Part shown: one piece after another, positions 60,780 to 64,000 of the stretch | How positions within the stretch are numbered: the stretch's first letter is position 1 | How the letters are laid out: every line of letters begins with the position of its first letter | Position numbers and translations under genes: made by a program | The notes under the pieces: model-generated | Told to the model about the DNA's origin: nothing | Databases searched by the model: none | Seen by the model: the letters and a program-made list of their open reading frames with translations, nothing else | Origin: a virus | Taxonomy: Duplodnaviria; Caudoviricetes | Length of the DNA: 64,000 nt | Direction: 5' to 3' (one strand) | IMG/VR virus record: IMGVR_UViG_3300026549_000046 | Location: 1 to 64,000 of that record

Positions 60780-61292
60780 ATGAAAAATTTTCCAATTATT
60801 GATAAAGAAACAGGACGGGAATATTGGATTTCCCGTTCTGTATGTGTTTTAACAATAGTTAAAGCATTTAATAGATATGGAGAAGAATGTATTTTAGCAG
60901 TTCAAAGAGGAAAGGGAACTCCCGACCCAGAATATATTGGAAGTTATTGCTTACCTTGTGGGTATGTAGATTTTGATGAAACTATCAAACAAGCAGCTGC
61001 TAGAGAATTAAAAGAAGAAACTGGATTAACTTTTCCTATATCTAATTTTAATTTAATATATATAAATGATTCTCCAGAATCAGATAAAAGACAAAATATT
61101 ACTTTTAGATATTTAGTAAAAACAGATATGCTAGTAGAGGATTTAGAGTTAATGTTTACTACTAAAAATTCTGAAGAGAATGAAGTTAGCTCAATTAGAT
61201 TTATTAGAACAAAAGATGTTGATTTATATGATTGGGCATTTAACCACGAAGAATTAATAAAAACTTATGATAAATTCACAAGAACTAATTAA
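60780..61292 (+). CDS. Nudix hydrolase (ADP-ribose pyrophosphatase-like)
   Basis: Nudix box GYVDFDETIKQAAARELKEETG; C-terminal AFNH. Confidence 0.9.
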   Translation: MKNFPIIDKETGREYWISRSVCVLTIVKAFNRYGEECILAVQRGKGTPDPEYIGSYCLPCGYVDFDETIKQAAARELKEETGLTFPISNFNLIYINDSPESDKRQNITFRYLVKTDMLVEDLELMFTTKNSEENEVSSIRFIRTKDVDLYDWAFNHEELIKTYDKFTRTN

Positions 61293-61641
61293 AATTTCAA
61301 TTGAAAATTCGTCTGATAAAATTGAAAAATGTATAAATGAAATTCAAGAAAGATTAACCACTGCTGCTAAAAAAGGAGAATTTAGTTATAATTATAATGG
61401 AAGTAAGTATTTTCCAGGACTTCTTCATTATGTAGCTAAGATTCTTTTTGCAGAAGGGTATAAAGTAGAATATAAAAATTCAATGTTAGAAATTTCTTGG
61501 TATGATACAGAAATTAAGCAAACAAAGTATTCTGAAGAAAAGAAAACAGAAAATTATAAACAGAATAAACCAGTGCAAAAATCTGAAGGAACTAAAACAA
61601 CTGGAAAAAACACTACAGTATCACCCAATTCTGAAGGATGA
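61267..61641 (+). CDS. Hypothetical protein
   Basis: Packed ORF overlapping the next. Confidence 0.6.
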   Translation: MINSQELIKISIENSSDKIEKCINEIQERLTTAAKKGEFSYNYNGSKYFPGLLHYVAKILFAEGYKVEYKNSMLEISWYDTEIKQTKYSEEKKTENYKQNKPVQKSEGTKTTGKNTTVSPNSEG

Positions 61642-62005
61642 TGAAAACTGGGATTATGATTTTCTTTTAGATTTAATTGAATTTAAATTAAAGAGAATGT
61701 CTCAATATTTTCATACACATAGAATCGTTGAAAATGAAGATTGGTATGGAACTCTTTGTGATAGAGCTATAGCTATTTTACATGCTGGGTATAAAACTGA
61801 TATAATATTATCTAGTGAAATTAAATTTGAAGGAATTTATGTTAATATTAGAAATAAAAATAGATTTACTCCAGCTTATATGAAAAGAATAATTCATGAC
61901 AAAGAATATCTTGATAAATATGAATTGGCTACTATAAGAGAAGAAAAAGCTAAAGCTTTATTTTGGAAATTTTTACATCATTATATAGAGTTACTTTGGG
62001 ATTAA
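61502..62005 (+). CDS. Hypothetical protein
   Basis: D.NWDYDFLLDLIEFKL.RM...LWD phage motif. Confidence 0.75.
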   Translation: MIQKLSKQSILKKRKQKIINRINQCKNLKELKQLEKTLQYHPILKDDENWDYDFLLDLIEFKLKRMSQYFHTHRIVENEDWYGTLCDRAIAILHAGYKTDIILSSEIKFEGIYVNIRNKNRFTPAYMKRIIHDKEYLDKYELATIREEKAKALFWKFLHHYIELLWD

Positions 62006-62016
62006 ATAATAAAATT

Positions 62017-63207
62017 ATGACAATATTAAGTATATTAGACCAAGATTTATATAAATTTAGTACAAGTTATGCGTATATGAAACTTTATCCAGAAGCTGAA
62101 GGTACTTTTAGTTTTTGCGATAGAAATAATACAGTGTTTGAGGAAATAAAAAGTCCTATTGTAGGAGTCAATTCAATAATAGACACACTAAAAATGGAAT
62201 TTGTTAAACTTTCAAATTTATCATTAACTTTAGCTGAAAAGAATTGGTGTGTAAAACATATTCCATATATTCCAGAAGTATATTGGGAATGGTTAAGAGG
62301 ATTTAATTTTGATTTTGATAAAATAGTTTGTTGGTTAGATGAAGAAAAGCATCTTCATATAGAAGTTACTGATTATCTTTATAAAGTAACTTTATACGAA
62401 GTTCCTATTCTTGCTATTGTTTCGGAATTGTATTCTAGAAGTCAAGGAGCAGTTAATATTTCCAAGGCAATTGATAAATTAGATAAAAAGATTAATATTG
62501 CTAATGAATATGGATTAAAATTTTCTGAATTTGGAACTCGTAGGAGATATTCATCAACTTTACATGATTTAATTGTACAAAGACTTAAGGAAAAATGTCC
62601 AATTAACTGTGTAGGAACATCTAATATCTATTTTGCTATGAAATATGATATGATTCCAATGGGTACTTTTCCACATGAATGGATTATGTTTCATGGAGCT
62701 GTTTGGGGATATCAAGAAGCTAATTACCTTGGAATGAGAGATTGGGTTCGTACCTATGATGGTAATCTTGGAATATTTTTAATGGATACTTATACTTCTA
62801 GAATAGGACTTAAAAATATGTCCTTAAAATTTGCTAAATTATTTGACGGAGTTAGACAAGACTCTGGAGATGAATATAAGATAGGAAATGAAGTTATTGA
62901 ACGTTATAAAGAATTAGGTATTGACCCAACTACAAAGACTATTGTATTTAGTAATGCTCTTGATTTTAATAAGTATCGTGATATTTTTACTTATTTTAAA
63001 GGTAGAATACATGTTTCTGCTGGCATTGGGACTAACCTAACTAATGATACGGGATTTAAACCCGCTAATATAGTTATGAAATTATCTAAATGTAGAATTA
63101 ATAAAAATCAGGAATGGAAGAAATGTATTAAAATTTCTGACGATTTAGGAAAACATTTAGGAGATGATAAAGAATTTGAAATTGCAAAATATCAATTAGG
63201 AATATGA
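62017..63207 (+). CDS. pncB: Nicotinate phosphoribosyltransferase
   Basis: SILDQDLYKF, LYEVPILA, SEFGTRRR, GTSN, GTFPHEW, DTY, GVRQDSGD, GIGT.LTND, KISDD.GK; likely ATG at 62017. Confidence 0.95.
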   Translation: MTILSILDQDLYKFSTSYAYMKLYPEAEGTFSFCDRNNTVFEEIKSPIVGVNSIIDTLKMEFVKLSNLSLTLAEKNWCVKHIPYIPEVYWEWLRGFNFDFDKIVCWLDEEKHLHIEVTDYLYKVTLYEVPILAIVSELYSRSQGAVNISKAIDKLDKKINIANEYGLKFSEFGTRRRYSSTLHDLIVQRLKEKCPINCVGTSNIYFAMKYDMIPMGTFPHEWIMFHGAVWGYQEANYLGMRDWVRTYDGNLGIFLMDTYTSRIGLKNMSLKFAKLFDGVRQDSGDEYKIGNEVIERYKELGIDPTTKTIVFSNALDFNKYRDIFTYFKGRIHVSAGIGTNLTNDTGFKPANIVMKLSKCRINKNQEWKKCIKISDDLGKHLGDDKEFEIAKYQLGI

Positions 63208-63335
63208 GTATAATTAGATGTCCAAAATGTAGTTCAGCAGTTCCAATTAATATTGTGAACGCTAAAGATGAACATGGAGAAGTTTTTGAATGTCCTTATT
63301 GTAAATTCTTATTTAGGTATGCTCCCAACGGATAA
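63204..63335 (+). CDS. Small Zn-ribbon protein (43 aa)
   Basis: RCPKC...ECPYC; ATGA overlap with pncB. Confidence 0.6.
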   Translation: MSIIRCPKCSSAVPINIVNAKDEHGEVFECPYCKFLFRYAPNG

Positions 63336-63436
63336 AGAAATAGAGAAAGTCTTAAAACTTTCAAAAGCATACACTCGATTAGGAGTGTATGCTCAACAAA
63401 GAATTAATATGTTTGATTTTATAAAACAAAATTGGA

Positions 63437-63691
63437 ATGGATAAAACAGTAATTAAATTAGTAACGGATTATATCTTAGCGCATCTCGATAAATCAGATG
63501 AAACCCCTCAGTTTGAAGTATTTACTGTTTGGAAATGTAAAATTCTTCAAAATTGGAAATATTTAGTTTCCACTACATTGCCAGACGGAATGTATTATGA
63601 ACTTACATTTGATGGAGATAAAAATAGATGGTATCTTGATGCCTATAAAAAGTTTGATAATCAGTGTTTAACTGTGGGCAAATTATTATGA
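63437..63691 (+). CDS. DUF6275-like protein
   Basis: VWKCKILQNWK.LVST...GMYYELTFDGDK...YLDAYKK. Confidence 0.75.
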   Translation: MDKTVIKLVTDYILAHLDKSDETPQFEVFTVWKCKILQNWKYLVSTTLPDGMYYELTFDGDKNRWYLDAYKKFDNQCLTVGKLL

Positions 63692-64000
63692 TTGATTATA
63701 GTAAATTTATAGAAAACTCTCATAAATGGTTATCTCAATATATAAGAGATAATCATTTACAGTCAATTTGCATTGGCATTTCTGGAGGACTAGATTCCTG
63801 TATTTCAGCTTGTATTGCTTCTCCAGTATGTGAAGAACTTGGGATTCCTTTAATTGGAAGAAGTTTACCTACTGGAACTAACAAACAATGTGAATGTGAT
63901 GTTGCAGATTTAGTTGGAAAAACTTTTTGTACTGATTATAAGAAAATTCCTATTAATTGTGATGATATTATTTATGAATTTGAATTATGTGAGGGCAAAA
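63688..64000 (+). CDS. nadE: NAD+ synthetase (NH3-dependent), truncated by window end
   Basis: MIDYSKFIE...WLSQYI....LQSICIGISGGLDSCISA...LIGRSLP. Confidence 0.85.
   Translation, partial: MIDYSKFIENSHKWLSQYIRDNHLQSICIGISGGLDSCISACIASPVCEELGIPLIGRSLPTGTNKQCECDVADLVGKTFCTDYKKIPINCDDIIYEFELCEGK

Overview
AT-rich, densely coded, entirely plus-strand segment of a large Bacteroidota phage, most consistent with a crAss-like (Crassvirales-type) phage; this assignment is inferred from gene content. From left to right: the 3' end of a group I intron-containing tRNA; an accessory region of small paralogous genes (0.4-6.7 kb); a tRNA/structured-RNA island with lipoprotein and OmpA genes (8.6-11.7 kb); a glucosaminidase cassette and RNase H; a second accessory array (14-18 kb); the replication module (SF2 helicase, DnaB, AAA ATPase, SSB, primase, resolvase, nuclease); nucleotide metabolism (NrdD/NrdG, dUTPase, ThyX), ligase, a sigma factor and PolA; and a NAD salvage cluster (PncA, Nudix, PncB, NadE) cut off by the window end. 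Two translation-level oddities stand out. (1) TAG encodes Gln in a selected subset of genes that the ORF track fragments or misses, while the large replication enzymes contain no in-frame TAG. (2) The SF2 helicase Walker A motif is split by GGT-TAA-CTA-GGA directly after a strong hairpin, a candidate programmed ribosomal bypass. All product calls come from motifs read by eye; no searches were run.
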